A stretch of 64,000 nucleotides of DNA. Source: Bdellovibrionales bacterium (GTDB lineage Bacteria; Bdellovibrionota; Bdellovibrionia; Bdellovibrionales; UBA1609). A program made the translations under genes and the position numbers. The notes under the pieces were generated by a model, which did not search any database, was not told where the DNA came from, and saw nothing but the letters and a program-made list of their open reading frames with translations. Below are positions 17,109 through 27,548 of this stretch, one piece after another (the stretch's first letter is position 1; every line of letters begins with the position of its first letter). The stretch lies in contig CBDBBW010000007.1 of NCBI GenBank assembly GCA_965203225.1, forward strand, positions 487,574 to 551,573. The letters are read 5' to 3'.

Positions 17109-18333
17109 TAAGAATGGTAAACTCTCTTCCGTACCAGAAGTATCGCCCATTATAGTAAGCAGTGCAATTCAATCTTTCCCTATTGTTATTTGGATTGCTT
17201 AATCCAAAACCAAGTGGTTTGCTCAGTAAAATTGTGACCAATCCATCTGCGGAAATATCAACGCTGGCGGAGTTTCCCCGGCTGACATAGCAACGCATAT
17301 CCTTTAAATCTATATCTGAAGGAATGGAGAAATACACTCTGTTTACACCCTCCTCCACACAGATGGCTTTGTTTTTTGGGTGGTAATCAATAACCGGTAG
17401 ATGAAGACTGGTTAATTTTATCTTAAATAACTCGTTTATTACGCCGTATTTTTCATTGATGGCAAAACGGGGTAACGCAAATATATTTGAGGAACAACCC
17501 ACCGGGCCGGATTGTGTTGAAAAAGCGGCCGAAAAATGAAATGATTTAGCCAGAACCTGATCTATGTTTTGTATTTCCTTAATAAGATTGTCGCTCACTT
17601 CACCAAAAGGATAAGAGAAGAATTTTGGCATTGTTGAGGTGTTTTGGTAAATCCGCTCCACGGAAAGCAAAATATCTCTTACTCTTTGTGTTGTGTCCAT
17701 ATCCTGCACCAGATGGCCATGAGTGTGGGAGTGGGCCGCCAGTTCACCCAAATCGGATTGCGCTATATTGCTTAAATCCTCCCAATTCATGGAACTGGTG
17801 TATTGTTTATCCACTGCTTCTGTATTGACAAAAACAGTGTAAGGGTATTGGTGAGTCTCCAAGATAGGTTTGGCTTTCAAAAAGGATTTATAGGCATCAT
17901 CAATAGTAATAGCTATCCATTTTTTTCCAAATGGAATATGGCCTTTGACAGCTGATACTACTTTATCCAATGGAACAACCGTATATCCATTGTTTTTAAG
18001 AAAGGCCATTTGTTGCATAAACTGTTCAACAGTCACGCTGGTGCTTTTGTAAGGTTCACCAAATTTGTGATACATAAGAACCACTGCGGAACCTTGTTTC
18101 AGATCACAGGGTCTTTGTTCGACTGCAGTGCTCCTGTGGTTGTTCATATCCTTATTAAGAGAAGCAGGTAGTGTGTTTGATGAGTTTGTGTCTGAAGCCT
18201 GAACCTCATTATTGGTCGTACTCTGACAGGAGATGAGAAAAGATAAAAGGGATAATATGATAATCAGGAATTTCCTGTGTGGTCCGGCGCTGATTCTAAT
18301 AAGAAAAGTCAGTAAATGAAAAAAGTATTTCAC
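17077..18333 (-). CDS. Polysaccharide deacetylase (NodB-fold) lipoprotein
   Basis: Signal/lipobox LSFLISC. NodB motifs ITIDDAY and HSHTHGH. Confidence 0.7.
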   Translation of the reverse strand: MKYFFHLLTFLIRISAGPHRKFLIIILSLLSFLISCQSTTNNEVQASDTNSSNTLPASLNKDMNNHRSTAVEQRPCDLKQGSAVVLMYHKFGEPYKSTSVTVEQFMQQMAFLKNNGYTVVPLDKVVSAVKGHIPFGKKWIAITIDDAYKSFLKAKPILETHQYPYTVFVNTEAVDKQYTSSMNWEDLSNIAQSDLGELAAHSHTHGHLVQDMDTTQRVRDILLSVERIYQNTSTMPKFFSYPFGEVSDNLIKEIQNIDQVLAKSFHFSAAFSTQSGPVGCSSNIFALPRFAINEKYGVINELFKIKLTSLHLPVIDYHPKNKAICVEEGVNRVYFSIPSDIDLKDMRCYVSRGNSASVDISADGLVTILLSKPLGFGLSNPNNNRERLNCTAYYNGRYFWYGREFTILKNSNECNGKT

Positions 18334-18343
18334 AGACTACATA

Positions 18344-19228
18344 TTAGCAATTATCAATTATTTCGCAAACTTTTTTGATAGTATTTTGCACCTTTTTTAC
18401 ATAATTTGGGTCTTCTGCATACCTCCTCAAACCTACCGCCATTTTCAAAGATACGTCGCAAGGCTCATTACCAGCCAGTTCAGATTGGTATCTGTGCTCT
18501 CTTAGTGAAATATAGGGGCTGGTAGTGTTTAGTAATTGAGTGTAGATAAAAACACTGGTTTCAACAGAATTAAATTTGTAGACGCACCTTCTAGCTGATC
18601 GTCTGGCGACAGTGCATTGGTTGTTATTTCTTGTTTGCCGAGCGGAGGGAAAAGTGGTCTGAATACCAAAAAAATTGTATCCATTTTTGACAAAATAAGA
18701 GGTTCCCCATGCGGACTCCAACCCGGCCTGAGCGATCGCCAAAGGAACAGAAATAGCTCTTACTCGCTTCTCAATTGCCATTTTACATTCTTCACCAAGG
18801 AGAGGATATGTTTTTTCTCTACCACTGGAATATATATGGCACATATCTGGTCTGTTAAGGTTTGTTTGTAAATATTTCGTAGCAAGCGCATATATTGTAT
18901 TTATCGGTTTTGTGGGGTTATTCTTAATACACAAATAACTGAAAAATCGGCATTTTGTTTTTTTATCCTCATTGATAGGCAATAGGCGATACATCATTAA
19001 AGTGACTGTCAAATCCATTCGGGTGGTTTCTGTTATTGTTTTATTGGTTCTCAATTTTTCCAGTTGATGTAAAATAAACTGGCGGTCTCTGTCAATAAGG
19101 CTGTTTATATATTCGATTACCCCTTTATATCCACAAATAAATTTTGTTTGTGTTTTGCTCAGACTTTTTGCGTTAAAAGGCATTACAAAACATATAAATA
19201 GAATTAAAAAAAATTGACATTTTTTCAT
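18344..19228 (-). CDS. Secreted glucosaminidase-domain protein (Bax/FlgJ-like muramidase family)
   Basis: Signal peptide MKKCQFFLILFICFVMPFNA. LAIAQAGLESAWGTSYFVKNGYNFFGIQ matches the mannosyl-glycoprotein endo-beta-N-acetylglucosaminidase motif. Confidence 0.65.
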   Translation of the reverse strand: MKKCQFFLILFICFVMPFNAKSLSKTQTKFICGYKGVIEYINSLIDRDRQFILHQLEKLRTNKTITETTRMDLTVTLMMYRLLPINEDKKTKCRFFSYLCIKNNPTKPINTIYALATKYLQTNLNRPDMCHIYSSGREKTYPLLGEECKMAIEKRVRAISVPLAIAQAGLESAWGTSYFVKNGYNFFGIQTTFPSARQTRNNNQCTVARRSARRCVYKFNSVETSVFIYTQLLNTTSPYISLREHRYQSELAGNEPCDVSLKMAVGLRRYAEDPNYVKKVQNTIKKVCEIIDNC

Positions 19229-19287
19229 AAATATCGAACTATTTGCTGTATTTATTAATTGACTCTCTATTGTGTGAGGTGTGGTTT

Positions 19288-20076
19288 ATGCCGAGTCATT
19301 TTATTATTTTTTCTCTTTTTTCTCTTTTGTATTTCCTTGCTATTTTATGTCTAACTTACTTTTTTATTTACAAAAAAGTAAAGCTTCACCTGCATCATAT
19401 TATTGCTGTTGGAGCGGGTATTCTTATTACTTTAGTGTTTTTCGATTTTTTACCTCATTCCCTTGATACAGGGATAAGATGGTATAATATAATAATTATA
19501 CTTGCGGGATTTTTAGTCAATGCTTTTGCTGAAATTGTTATTTTGCCGCGTATAAAGTTTTTGAACCGCCTTTTGCCTGATAAACAACATGATTGCCATC
19601 AACATGACTCTGAACACACGCACTATCATTTAATCCCCTCTTCTGCCGGTTGTTCTGTTGTCAGCTGTCTGATTTTATGCGCTTTTTTTGATGGCGCCCG
19701 ATTGGCTTCCGCCCTTTTTATTGATGTGGAGACAGCTATTATGATGGGCATCGGACTTTTATTTCATCTGCTCCCTGAATGTATTGCTGTAGTGGGTATC
19801 GGACTTTCATCAGGCTTTTCACGGAAATTTCTTTTGAGTATTCCTATGGTTTTTTGCTTCGCTTTTTTGGGAGGTTATCATATTTTTTTTCTGTTGTCTT
19901 ATATACCAAATTTACAAACTCTTTTTTTGCCTTTTGCCTCCGGATTGTTTTTATATGTGTGTTTTGTGCATTTCATTCCTATTGTCATTAAGTTCAAAAA
20001 AACATTTTGGTTTTTCATTGGTGCTACTGCAGGAGCCGCTTTTCTCCTGCTCCCTCATTTGATGCTTCATCATTAG
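19288..20076 (+). CDS. ZIP-family metal (zinc) transporter
   Basis: Polytopic. It has a His-rich loop DKQHDCHQHDSEHTHYH and the motif HLLPECIAV (ZupT-like H..pEG.a). The track start 19243 is TTG; ATG 19288 is preceded by GTGAGGTGTGG. Confidence 0.6.
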   Translation: MPSHFIIFSLFSLLYFLAILCLTYFFIYKKVKLHLHHIIAVGAGILITLVFFDFLPHSLDTGIRWYNIIIILAGFLVNAFAEIVILPRIKFLNRLLPDKQHDCHQHDSEHTHYHLIPSSAGCSVVSCLILCAFFDGARLASALFIDVETAIMMGIGLLFHLLPECIAVVGIGLSSGFSRKFLLSIPMVFCFAFLGGYHIFFLLSYIPNLQTLFLPFASGLFLYVCFVHFIPIVIKFKKTFWFFIGATAGAAFLLLPHLMLHH

Positions 20077-20190
20077 TTGAATAAAATCAGTATGTGATTC
20101 AGGCAAAAATGTGTATGTGAAATCCAGTGTTTATTGTATTGACATTATCGCATCAATCAGGCTTTTCTTACTGAAAAAGAGGAGTATTCA

Positions 20191-21492
20191 GTGAGTGGCT
20201 TAAAGAGGAGTTTTATTTTTTTTCTCTGCCTGTTGTTTCTTGCCTCCTGTAAAACCAAGACCGGCAGTGTGGTATTTTTTCATCCTGATGGGATGTCTCT
20301 GGCTCATTGGGATGCCATTCGGTTGGTTCAGACGGGGCCGGATGGTTTATTAGAGTGGGATAAAATGACAAACATGGCGGTTTACCGGGGCCATACTAAA
20401 AAATATCTGAGCGCCACTTCCAACGCAGGAGCCACTATTCATGCTTATGGAGTGAAGGTGGGAATCCACAGCTTTGGCATGGATAACGGCCGGCGCCTGC
20501 TTTCTGCAAGTGGAAAGCCGTTTTCCATTATGACAGAAGCCAAAAATAGAGGTTTGTCCGTAGCCCTTTGTCAGTCCGGTGTTATAGTGGAACCGGGGAC
20601 GGCGGTGTTTTCAGCTCAGTCAAAAAACAGAAAAAATTTTGATGAAATTTCCCTTCAGGTAATTCAATCCGGCGCAGATCTTATCTTTACCGGTGGGGAG
20701 AAATTCCTTCTTCCAGAAGGTGTGCAGGGATATTTTGGAAAGGGGGTGCGACAGGATGGCGAAAACCTCATTGAATGGGCCAAACAAAACGGATACCGCA
20801 TTATTTACACTAAAGAGGAAATGAATCTTTTGTCCAGGACAGTGAAAAAAGTCCTGGGGGTGTTCGCTTATGAGAACACCTATAACGACAAGACGGAAAA
20901 ACAACAAATTGAAATGGGGCTTTCTCACTATGTAAAGTCCGCGCCCTCCATAGCGGAGATGACTCGGTGGGCTTTGGAGTTTCTTAAAAAGAAAAAGAAA
21001 AATTTTTTTCTTGTTGTAGAGGAAGAAGGGACCGACAACTTTTCCAATAAAAATAATACAGAAGGTTTTTTTACTGCCGGCAAAAGGGCAGATGCGGCAA
21101 TAGCTGAGGTCAACCGATTTCTAAAAAACAATCCCAACACTCTTTTTTTAACGGCTTCAGACAGCAATGCTTCCGGTTTACTGGTTGCGGACGGTTATCC
21201 AAAAAGGAGGTGGCGCAAGGAACAAAATTTGCCATTGAAGACAGACAAAGATGCTCATATAGATGGAGCGGGTATAGGCGGCGGGCAAAAACCTTTTTTA
21301 ACTTTTCCTGACCGATACGGACAACAGATGCCCTTTGGAGTGATATGGCCCACGTCTTGGGATCTTTACAGTGGTATGTTGGTTAAAGCCAGTGGTTTCA
21401 ATGCGCATAATATCAGTGGTATCGTGGATAATACAGACCTGTATAAATTAATGTACCTTACCTTATTTGGTGTTCCTCCCGGAAAAGAGTAA
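20191..21492 (+). CDS. Alkaline-phosphatase-superfamily lipoprotein (divergent)
   Basis: Lipobox LFLASC. FFHPDGMS (like PhoA DGMG), SATSNAGATIHAYGVKV (like DSAASATAWSTGVKT) and VVEEEGTDNFSNKNN (like VEGASIDKQDHAAN). The His of the D-x-x-x-H site appears replaced by Asn in a by-eye alignment. Confidence 0.55.
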   Translation: MSGLKRSFIFFLCLLFLASCKTKTGSVVFFHPDGMSLAHWDAIRLVQTGPDGLLEWDKMTNMAVYRGHTKKYLSATSNAGATIHAYGVKVGIHSFGMDNGRRLLSASGKPFSIMTEAKNRGLSVALCQSGVIVEPGTAVFSAQSKNRKNFDEISLQVIQSGADLIFTGGEKFLLPEGVQGYFGKGVRQDGENLIEWAKQNGYRIIYTKEEMNLLSRTVKKVLGVFAYENTYNDKTEKQQIEMGLSHYVKSAPSIAEMTRWALEFLKKKKKNFFLVVEEEGTDNFSNKNNTEGFFTAGKRADAAIAEVNRFLKNNPNTLFLTASDSNASGLLVADGYPKRRWRKEQNLPLKTDKDAHIDGAGIGGGQKPFLTFPDRYGQQMPFGVIWPTSWDLYSGMLVKASGFNAHNISGIVDNTDLYKLMYLTLFGVPPGKE

Positions 21493-21496
21493 TTTG

Positions 21497-22915
21497 ATGA
21501 GCAATGAAAAAAAATCTTTATCCTCTTTTACCTTTTTTTACCGTTATCTGTTTTCCAAGAGAGCCAATTCCGTCATTCGCAGAGTGTCTTTCATTTGTTT
21601 TTTGGGATTGATGATTTCCATTGGTAGTTTATTGATTGTGCTTAATGTTATGGGCGGGCTGGGGCAATCCATCAAAGATCAATTCCTGGCAACAGAACCT
21701 CATGTTATTGTTTCACTTGAAAAAAATTCCGATAGTCATTTTATTCAAAATCAAAAAGATAAGATTGAAAAAATATTAAAAAAAAACAATTTGGACACAG
21801 GGATTTCCTCTTTTTATTTTTTTGAAAATGTGGATATAGTGATTCGTACATCAAAAGGGATTTTTTCAGGAGCGGTAGCCAAAGGCTACGATTCATATCA
21901 TTTAAAAAATTTTTTGAGAAAAACACAAGGGACCCTGATGTTGTCCGCGGAAGGGGATATTTTGGACGATATTCCCGCTAAGGGAAAAAAATCAAATGAA
22001 AACGATGCTGTAGGAAGTAACGAAGGTAAAAAATCCAAAGAGGATTTTCTGGAAGTAACTTCTGTTGAAATGAGAGGAGAAAAGCTTTTTTTTGTTAAAG
22101 AAGTAAATAAGAAAGAAAGGCCGGTGAACAGGAAAACAATTGTTATGGGCTTGGATTTAGCCGGTGAACTCAATTTGTATCAGGAGGAAACAGTGCAGTT
22201 GATACCGGCGGAAAATCTTTTACTTCCTCCGGGAGAGCCTGTCCTGTTTGAGTTGGCTCGGGTAGGCTCTATTATCTCCATTCAGAACTCGGTGTGGAAT
22301 TCAAATTATATTTTTTATGATCGCGGGAAATTCCCCTCCTTTCGTGAAAGCAGTTCTTATGGTTCCGGGTTTGAGATAGGTTTAAAAGAGCCGGATGATT
22401 TTTTATTGTATAAAACAGCATTGGAAAAAGCTGGTTTTACTGTAGAGGTGTGGCCTGAGAGAAATTCTTCCGTGTTCTTTGCCCTGAAGGTGGAAAAGAT
22501 CATTATGAGTATTTTTTTGTCTTTGGCCGGGTTGATTACTTTATTGGCTGTTTCTTCTCTGTTGGCTTTGCTGATAGTTCAGAAAAAAAAGGAAATGGGC
22601 ATTTTGATGGCTATGGGTTTGCCTGTTAAAAAAATCCGTGACTTATTCGTGAGGATTGGCTTGATTTTGTGTGTGTTTGGAATATTGGGAGCTTGGTTCT
22701 TAAGTATATGTGCTTGTCTTTTTCTTAAATATTCCAATGTTCCTTTTCTGTCTCAGTTTTACGCGGGTGCTCAATTCCCCGTGGAATTTAATTTCTTGTT
22801 TATGCTGGGTTTATCCATCAGTGTTCTGCTTCTGGCTTATGTTAGTTGTGCATTGTCTGTTCGATTTCAATTCCGCTATTCTCCATCGGAACTGTTGAAA
22901 ACAGCGAATGGATAA
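21497..22915 (+). CDS. FtsX-family ABC-transporter permease (LolC/LolE-like)
   Basis: N-terminal TM helix, a large periplasmic domain (with a Lys/Glu-rich insert), and a C-terminal FtsX three-helix bundle (LLALLIVQKKKEMGILMAMGL...). Confidence 0.6.
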   Translation: MSNEKKSLSSFTFFYRYLFSKRANSVIRRVSFICFLGLMISIGSLLIVLNVMGGLGQSIKDQFLATEPHVIVSLEKNSDSHFIQNQKDKIEKILKKNNLDTGISSFYFFENVDIVIRTSKGIFSGAVAKGYDSYHLKNFLRKTQGTLMLSAEGDILDDIPAKGKKSNENDAVGSNEGKKSKEDFLEVTSVEMRGEKLFFVKEVNKKERPVNRKTIVMGLDLAGELNLYQEETVQLIPAENLLLPPGEPVLFELARVGSIISIQNSVWNSNYIFYDRGKFPSFRESSSYGSGFEIGLKEPDDFLLYKTALEKAGFTVEVWPERNSSVFFALKVEKIIMSIFLSLAGLITLLAVSSLLALLIVQKKKEMGILMAMGLPVKKIRDLFVRIGLILCVFGILGAWFLSICACLFLKYSNVPFLSQFYAGAQFPVEFNFLFMLGLSISVLLLAYVSCALSVRFQFRYSPSELLKTANG

Positions 22916-22949
22916 TAGATAAAAAAGAAGCCGGAGTGGAGGCGGGGAG

Positions 22950-23819
22950 CTATTGTAGCTGACACCTGTAACCTGCGTCCATTAACTCCTGTTTTCTTTT
23001 TTCAACAGCCAATTGGCAGGTGTTTTTTTGAATAGTGGCGTATCTCAGCACTTCTTTGTTTTCATTCAGATCACATAGCAATTTATTTTGATTGGGTGGA
23101 TTGTTCCATTCATTTATTATCAATAGCACTGGAAGCCCTCCGCTTTTTTCACATTTTGTTGTTTCCGTCAATGTGGGCTGTCCCGAAACAGGTTTTAAGC
23201 AGGTTTTGTGTTTTGTTCTACATTCTTCAGTGTTTGTACAGGGCGCTTTGCAAGGATCAGACGATGATATCATTTCCCGCGGCGCTTCTTGCGCCGCCGC
23301 TCTTGCAGTAGCCAAAGGTGGTTGTTCTCCGCATTCGTAGCCTTCACTTATCAAGTCTTTTTTTCTGTTATTCATTGCCACCCGGCAAACACCTCTGCTG
23401 ATGGTGGCAAAACGATATAAGTACTCTTTGTTTTCAATAAAATCACACAGGAGATTATTCTGACCGGCAGGGGCAGACCATTCATTTAATACAAGAGTTT
23501 TTTGAGGGAGAGTGGAATGCAGGCATGCCACTGTCTCAGTTGTGTCGACTGGCCCCGCTTTAGGTCTTAAGCAGACATTATACTTTTCCCCGCATTCCTC
23601 ATTGCCTACGCAGGTTCTGGTGCAAAGATCATTGGTATCGGTAGCCAACTGTAAATTAGGTGTGGGTGGATTAATGCTGTCGGTTCCTGATTCACCATCA
23701 GGGGTTCCTTTGGGTCTTTCCTCCCCCTCGAAGGAGGTCGGGTCATCAGTGCTTTCAGTTATATCACTGCCGCAATTTGCAAAAAGGATAAACAACCCGG
23801 AAAAAAATAAAATTTTCAT
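22950..23819 (-). CDS. Secreted Cys-rich protein made of two ~105-aa internal repeats
   Basis: Signal MKILFFSGLFILFANC. CTRTCVGNEECGEKYNVCLRP...NEWSAP.GQNNLLCDFIENKE...EGYECGEQ is duplicated as CKAPCTNTEECRTKHKTCLKP...NEWNNPPNQNKLLCDLNENKE...AGYRCQLQ. Confidence 0.55.
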   Translation of the reverse strand: MKILFFSGLFILFANCGSDITESTDDPTSFEGEERPKGTPDGESGTDSINPPTPNLQLATDTNDLCTRTCVGNEECGEKYNVCLRPKAGPVDTTETVACLHSTLPQKTLVLNEWSAPAGQNNLLCDFIENKEYLYRFATISRGVCRVAMNNRKKDLISEGYECGEQPPLATARAAAQEAPREMISSSDPCKAPCTNTEECRTKHKTCLKPVSGQPTLTETTKCEKSGGLPVLLIINEWNNPPNQNKLLCDLNENKEVLRYATIQKNTCQLAVEKRKQELMDAGYRCQLQ

Positions 23820-24124
23820 ACTAAAATGGAAAAAATAATGAGTTTGCACAATAATACTCCTGTTTAAATACCTACCGGTTTTGTTTTAGCTCCTCAGTGA
23901 CTTTTTTTTAAACAAGTTGTTGTTTAAAAAAAACAACACATTAGTTATGTACAAAAATTATTTTAGCAGGGAAAACTAAAATGTGAACAGTGTTTAATAA
24001 AAAAGGGAATTCAGGGGCAAATATAGGACTATAAGCCTGGATTGATCTTGCTGAAATCATTGAGTGGCGCATTAATAAATCAATTATTGTATAGGGGCAA
24101 ATTCATAAAGAATATTAAAGATTG

Positions 24125-24212
24125 TGGTGCGCCCGGAGCGACTTGAACGCTCACATTCATAATGAATACCAGGCCCTCAACCTGGCCTGTCTACCAATTC
24201 CAGCACGGGCGC
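24125..24212 (-). tRNA. tRNA-Leu (anticodon GAG), long variable arm, CCA encoded
   Basis: The reverse complement is GCGCCCGTGCTGGAATTGGTAGACAGGCCAGGTTGAGGGCCTGGTATTCATTATGAATGTGAGCGTTCAAGTCGCTCCGGGCGCACCA. Anticodon stem CCAGG/CCTGG, loop TTGAGGG, and a 17-nt variable arm. Confidence 0.9.
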
Positions 24213-24358
24213 TTTGCATTATAAAACTATACTGCATCGCTGTAGTGTAATACAAAATGAGTTTCTTGACACAATATATAAAAACAGGTTAGTAAAAATA
24301 TATAAAATAGTTTAGTAAACTTGTTTAAAAAAATTAACGTTTTTGAAAGGATTGTTCA

Positions 24359-24685
24359 ATGTGGTTTCTGCCATTGGCTTGGTCGGAGGAAACAGCTCCG
24401 CTTAAACAGCCCGGTATTTTTGAAAAAGTAATGCCGTTTTTATTTATTTTTCTCCTATTTTACTTTCTTTTAATTCGTCCGGCTCAAAATAGGCAAAAAA
24501 AACACCAGACCCTGGTAAACCAGTTGAAAAAAGGGGACAGTGTCATTACTTCCAGTGGGATACTGGGTATTATTCATGGTTTGACAGACAGTTTTGTGAC
24601 ATTGGAGGTGGCGGATAATACGCGGATTCGAATTTTAAGATCTCAGATTTCCTCTTTGGCTGAATCAGACACAAAAAAAACTTAA
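24359..24685 (+). CDS. yajC: Preprotein translocase subunit YajC
   Basis: Single TM, then LLIRPAQNRQKKHQTLVNQLKKGDSVITSSGILGIIHGLTDSFVTLEV (YajC signature). Sits upstream of secD-secF. Confidence 0.85.
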   Translation: MWFLPLAWSEETAPLKQPGIFEKVMPFLFIFLLFYFLLIRPAQNRQKKHQTLVNQLKKGDSVITSSGILGIIHGLTDSFVTLEVADNTRIRILRSQISSLAESDTKKT

Positions 24686-24872
24686 ATTTTTATTCAGAAT
24701 TTCCCACTTGGGCTGGTTTTAGGTAAAAAGTGATATGAGGATTGAAAAATCATGCGGTATCGGCAGGATCGGTAAAAAATATTTGGCTTATTTTCTTATT
24801 ATGGTTAATAACATATATACACAAATCACGGAGGGCGGGCTTGATTTATTCAGATCGGCCTTAAGATAAAAT

Positions 24873-26582
24873 ATGATTGAAAACAACAAAATGCGCTGGG
24901 CAATAGTTCTTTTTTCTCTTGTTTTGGCCGGCGCCTGGATACTTCCCAACTTTTATTCCTTTAAGGAAAATCAGTGGTGGATTTCCAAAGTTAAATTGAT
25001 TTACGGCTTGGATATTCAAGGCGGTCTGCATCTGGTAATGGGCGTGAAAACAGATGAGGCCATTCAGGAAAAAATCAAAAGTTTAACAGCCGATCTACAA
25101 GACAAGTTAAAACGATCGGAGATCAAAGTCAGCAGTATCAGTCCTTTACGGGGGAAAATAGGTCAGATGCAGGTGTCCTTGAACAAGGGGGAAGATAAGG
25201 AAAAAGCCGCCAAAGTGATTGAAAAGGAATACACGGGTTCTGTATTAGGAGGAGTGCGTCTCAGAATACTGAGTGAATCAGGGGAAAACAATCTGATCGT
25301 GGGCTACAATGAAGTGGAGCTTATTCGTCTACGTAAGAAGATTGCCAATCAGGTGGTGGAGGTGATTCGCCGGAGGATTGACGAATTTGGTGTCAGTGAG
25401 CCTATTATCACTGTTCAAGGGGATGACCGCGTCCTGATTCAGCTTCCCGGGGTGGAGGATTCCGCCCGGGCAAGAGACATTATTCAAAGGACCGCTAAGC
25501 TGGAGTTCCGTTTGGTGAATCAGACAGTGCCGACGGAGACACTCATGGAATGGGTCAAATCAGCGGAGGAAAAACAAGGACACTCCCTTGGTTCAAAATG
25601 GTCTTATCATGAATATGTGAGAAAAATTAATGAGGATTTAAAAGATAAAATTCCGGAAAATAATATGCTGGTGTTTCAAAGAGCGGAGGCCAGTAACAGT
25701 TTGCAGGCGGGCCGGATACCCGTTCTGGTTCGAATAGACAGCGGCATGGGAGGTGGGATTTTACAGACAGTATCGGTGGGTGTTGATGAATTTAATAACC
25801 CTGAAGTATTTTTTCAAATCAATATTTCCGGGCGAAAAGCCTTCTCTGAACTGACCGGCAACAATATCAAAAAACCCCTGGCTATTATTTTGGATAAGGA
25901 ATTAAAATCCATGCCTATTATTCAGTCCCGTATACCAGGCAAGGGAAGTATCAGTATGGGCCGGGGGGACTCTCAAAATATTCGTGAAGAGGCGGAGGAC
26001 ATTGCCACGGTTTTGCGGGCCGGAGCTCTTCCTGCCCGCCTGGTGAAAATGGAGGAGCGCACGGTAGGCCCCACTTTGGGAAGGGACTCCATTGAAAAAG
26101 GAAAAAAAGCCGGTATGCTTGCGGGGATCCTGGTGATTATTTTTGTGTTATTTTATTACCGTATATTAGGTTTAGTGGCCAATGTGGCTTTATGTATGAA
26201 TATGCTTTGTTTGCTGGCCCTTCTAACTTCTTTGGGAGCTACTCTCACTTTGCCCGGGGTGGCCGGCATTATCTTAACCATCGGTATGGCGGTGGACGCC
26301 AATGTGATTATCTATGAACGACTGAAAGAGGAATTGAAAAAAGGGTCCGCTTTTTTATTGGCGGTTAGAGATGGTTATCGATACGCGCTTTCAGCTATTT
26401 TGGACGCTAATATCACCACGGCTATTGTTTGCATGGTGCTAATGTCCTTTGGAACAGGTCCTATTCGAGGCTTTGCTATAACTCTTTTCTGCGGAATTAT
26501 CACTTCTATTTTTACCGCCGTATTCGTATCCCGTACTATTTTAAACACTTTGATAAAACGATTTAACTTAAAACATTTTTAA
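24873..26582 (+). CDS. secD: Protein translocase subunit SecD
   Basis: 569 aa. YGLDIQGGLHLV, a large periplasmic domain, and C-terminal LPGVAGIILTIGMAVDANVIIYERLKEEL. Confidence 0.9.
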   Translation: MIENNKMRWAIVLFSLVLAGAWILPNFYSFKENQWWISKVKLIYGLDIQGGLHLVMGVKTDEAIQEKIKSLTADLQDKLKRSEIKVSSISPLRGKIGQMQVSLNKGEDKEKAAKVIEKEYTGSVLGGVRLRILSESGENNLIVGYNEVELIRLRKKIANQVVEVIRRRIDEFGVSEPIITVQGDDRVLIQLPGVEDSARARDIIQRTAKLEFRLVNQTVPTETLMEWVKSAEEKQGHSLGSKWSYHEYVRKINEDLKDKIPENNMLVFQRAEASNSLQAGRIPVLVRIDSGMGGGILQTVSVGVDEFNNPEVFFQINISGRKAFSELTGNNIKKPLAIILDKELKSMPIIQSRIPGKGSISMGRGDSQNIREEAEDIATVLRAGALPARLVKMEERTVGPTLGRDSIEKGKKAGMLAGILVIIFVLFYYRILGLVANVALCMNMLCLLALLTSLGATLTLPGVAGIILTIGMAVDANVIIYERLKEELKKGSAFLLAVRDGYRYALSAILDANITTAIVCMVLMSFGTGPIRGFAITLFCGIITSIFTAVFVSRTILNTLIKRFNLKHF

Positions 26583-26591
26583 AGGAAAACA

Positions 26592-27548
26592 ATGAAACCC
26601 GTTCGATTTGATTTTTTATCCTCTTCCCCTGTCGTGACCACTGTTTCCCTCATTTTGTCTGTGTTCGCTTTGGTTTGGATCATTGTCAATGGTGTGAATT
26701 ACGGTATTGATTTCGCCGGGGGCAACGAAATTCAAATTCGGTTTGAACAGGCCCCTCCAGTGGAGAAGTTAAGAAAATATGTGTCTGAAAAGGGTTTTAC
26801 AAAACCTTCCGTTCAAACTTTGGGCAATGAAGAGAATGAATTTTTGATTTTTATAGAAAATATTCCACTTAAGGCGGATTCAGTGGGATCAGTGCCTGAC
26901 GAAATAAAGGAGGAAAGAAACGCCGATAAAGGTGCAGTGGTGGCTATCGAGGAATTAATAAAATCCTTTAAGCGGGATTTTGCCGAACAGGGAGTAGAGA
27001 TACGCAAGGTGGACTCTGTCGGACCACAAATCGGATCAGAACTGAGAAAAAAAGGAATTCTGGCTGTTTTTTACAGTTTGATTATGATTTTAATTTATCT
27101 GGTTATTCGATTTGATTATAAATTTGCCCCCGCCGCGGTGGTTTGTCTTTTCCATGACGCCATTTTAACAATGTGGGTGTTTGCCCTCTTTGATTTGGTA
27201 GTGAGTGTGCAAACTCTGGCGGCTCTTTTAGCCATTATCGGGTACTCACTGAATGACACTATTGTGACTTTTGACCGCATCAGGGAGAATGGGGAATATT
27301 TTGGAAAGAAGGAGTCTTTTTTCAAAGTTTGCAATCGTTCCATTAACGATGTGCTTTCCCGCACCTTATTGACCTCCATAACCACTATGATGGCGGTGGG
27401 AGTCATGTGGTTTTACACAGACGGAGTGATTAAGGATTTTGCTTTCACTTTGGGAATAGGGATCATTATTGGAACTTACTCCTCAATATATGTGGCTACC
27501 CCCTTGGTGATTTTTATTGATCACTTGCAGAAAAAACGTCAAGCTTGA
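26592..27548 (+). CDS. secF: Protein translocase subunit SecF
   Basis: YGIDFAGG and IGYSLNDTIVTFDRIREN. Follows secD by 9 nt. Confidence 0.9.
   Translation: MKPVRFDFLSSSPVVTTVSLILSVFALVWIIVNGVNYGIDFAGGNEIQIRFEQAPPVEKLRKYVSEKGFTKPSVQTLGNEENEFLIFIENIPLKADSVGSVPDEIKEERNADKGAVVAIEELIKSFKRDFAEQGVEIRKVDSVGPQIGSELRKKGILAVFYSLIMILIYLVIRFDYKFAPAAVVCLFHDAILTMWVFALFDLVVSVQTLAALLAIIGYSLNDTIVTFDRIRENGEYFGKKESFFKVCNRSINDVLSRTLLTSITTMMAVGVMWFYTDGVIKDFAFTLGIGIIIGTYSSIYVATPLVIFIDHLQKKRQA

Noticed and set aside
16834-17202. 122-aa plus-strand ORF over the 78-bp array
   Set aside because: It is a periodic translation of the tandem repeat, antisense to the real deacetylase 3' end.
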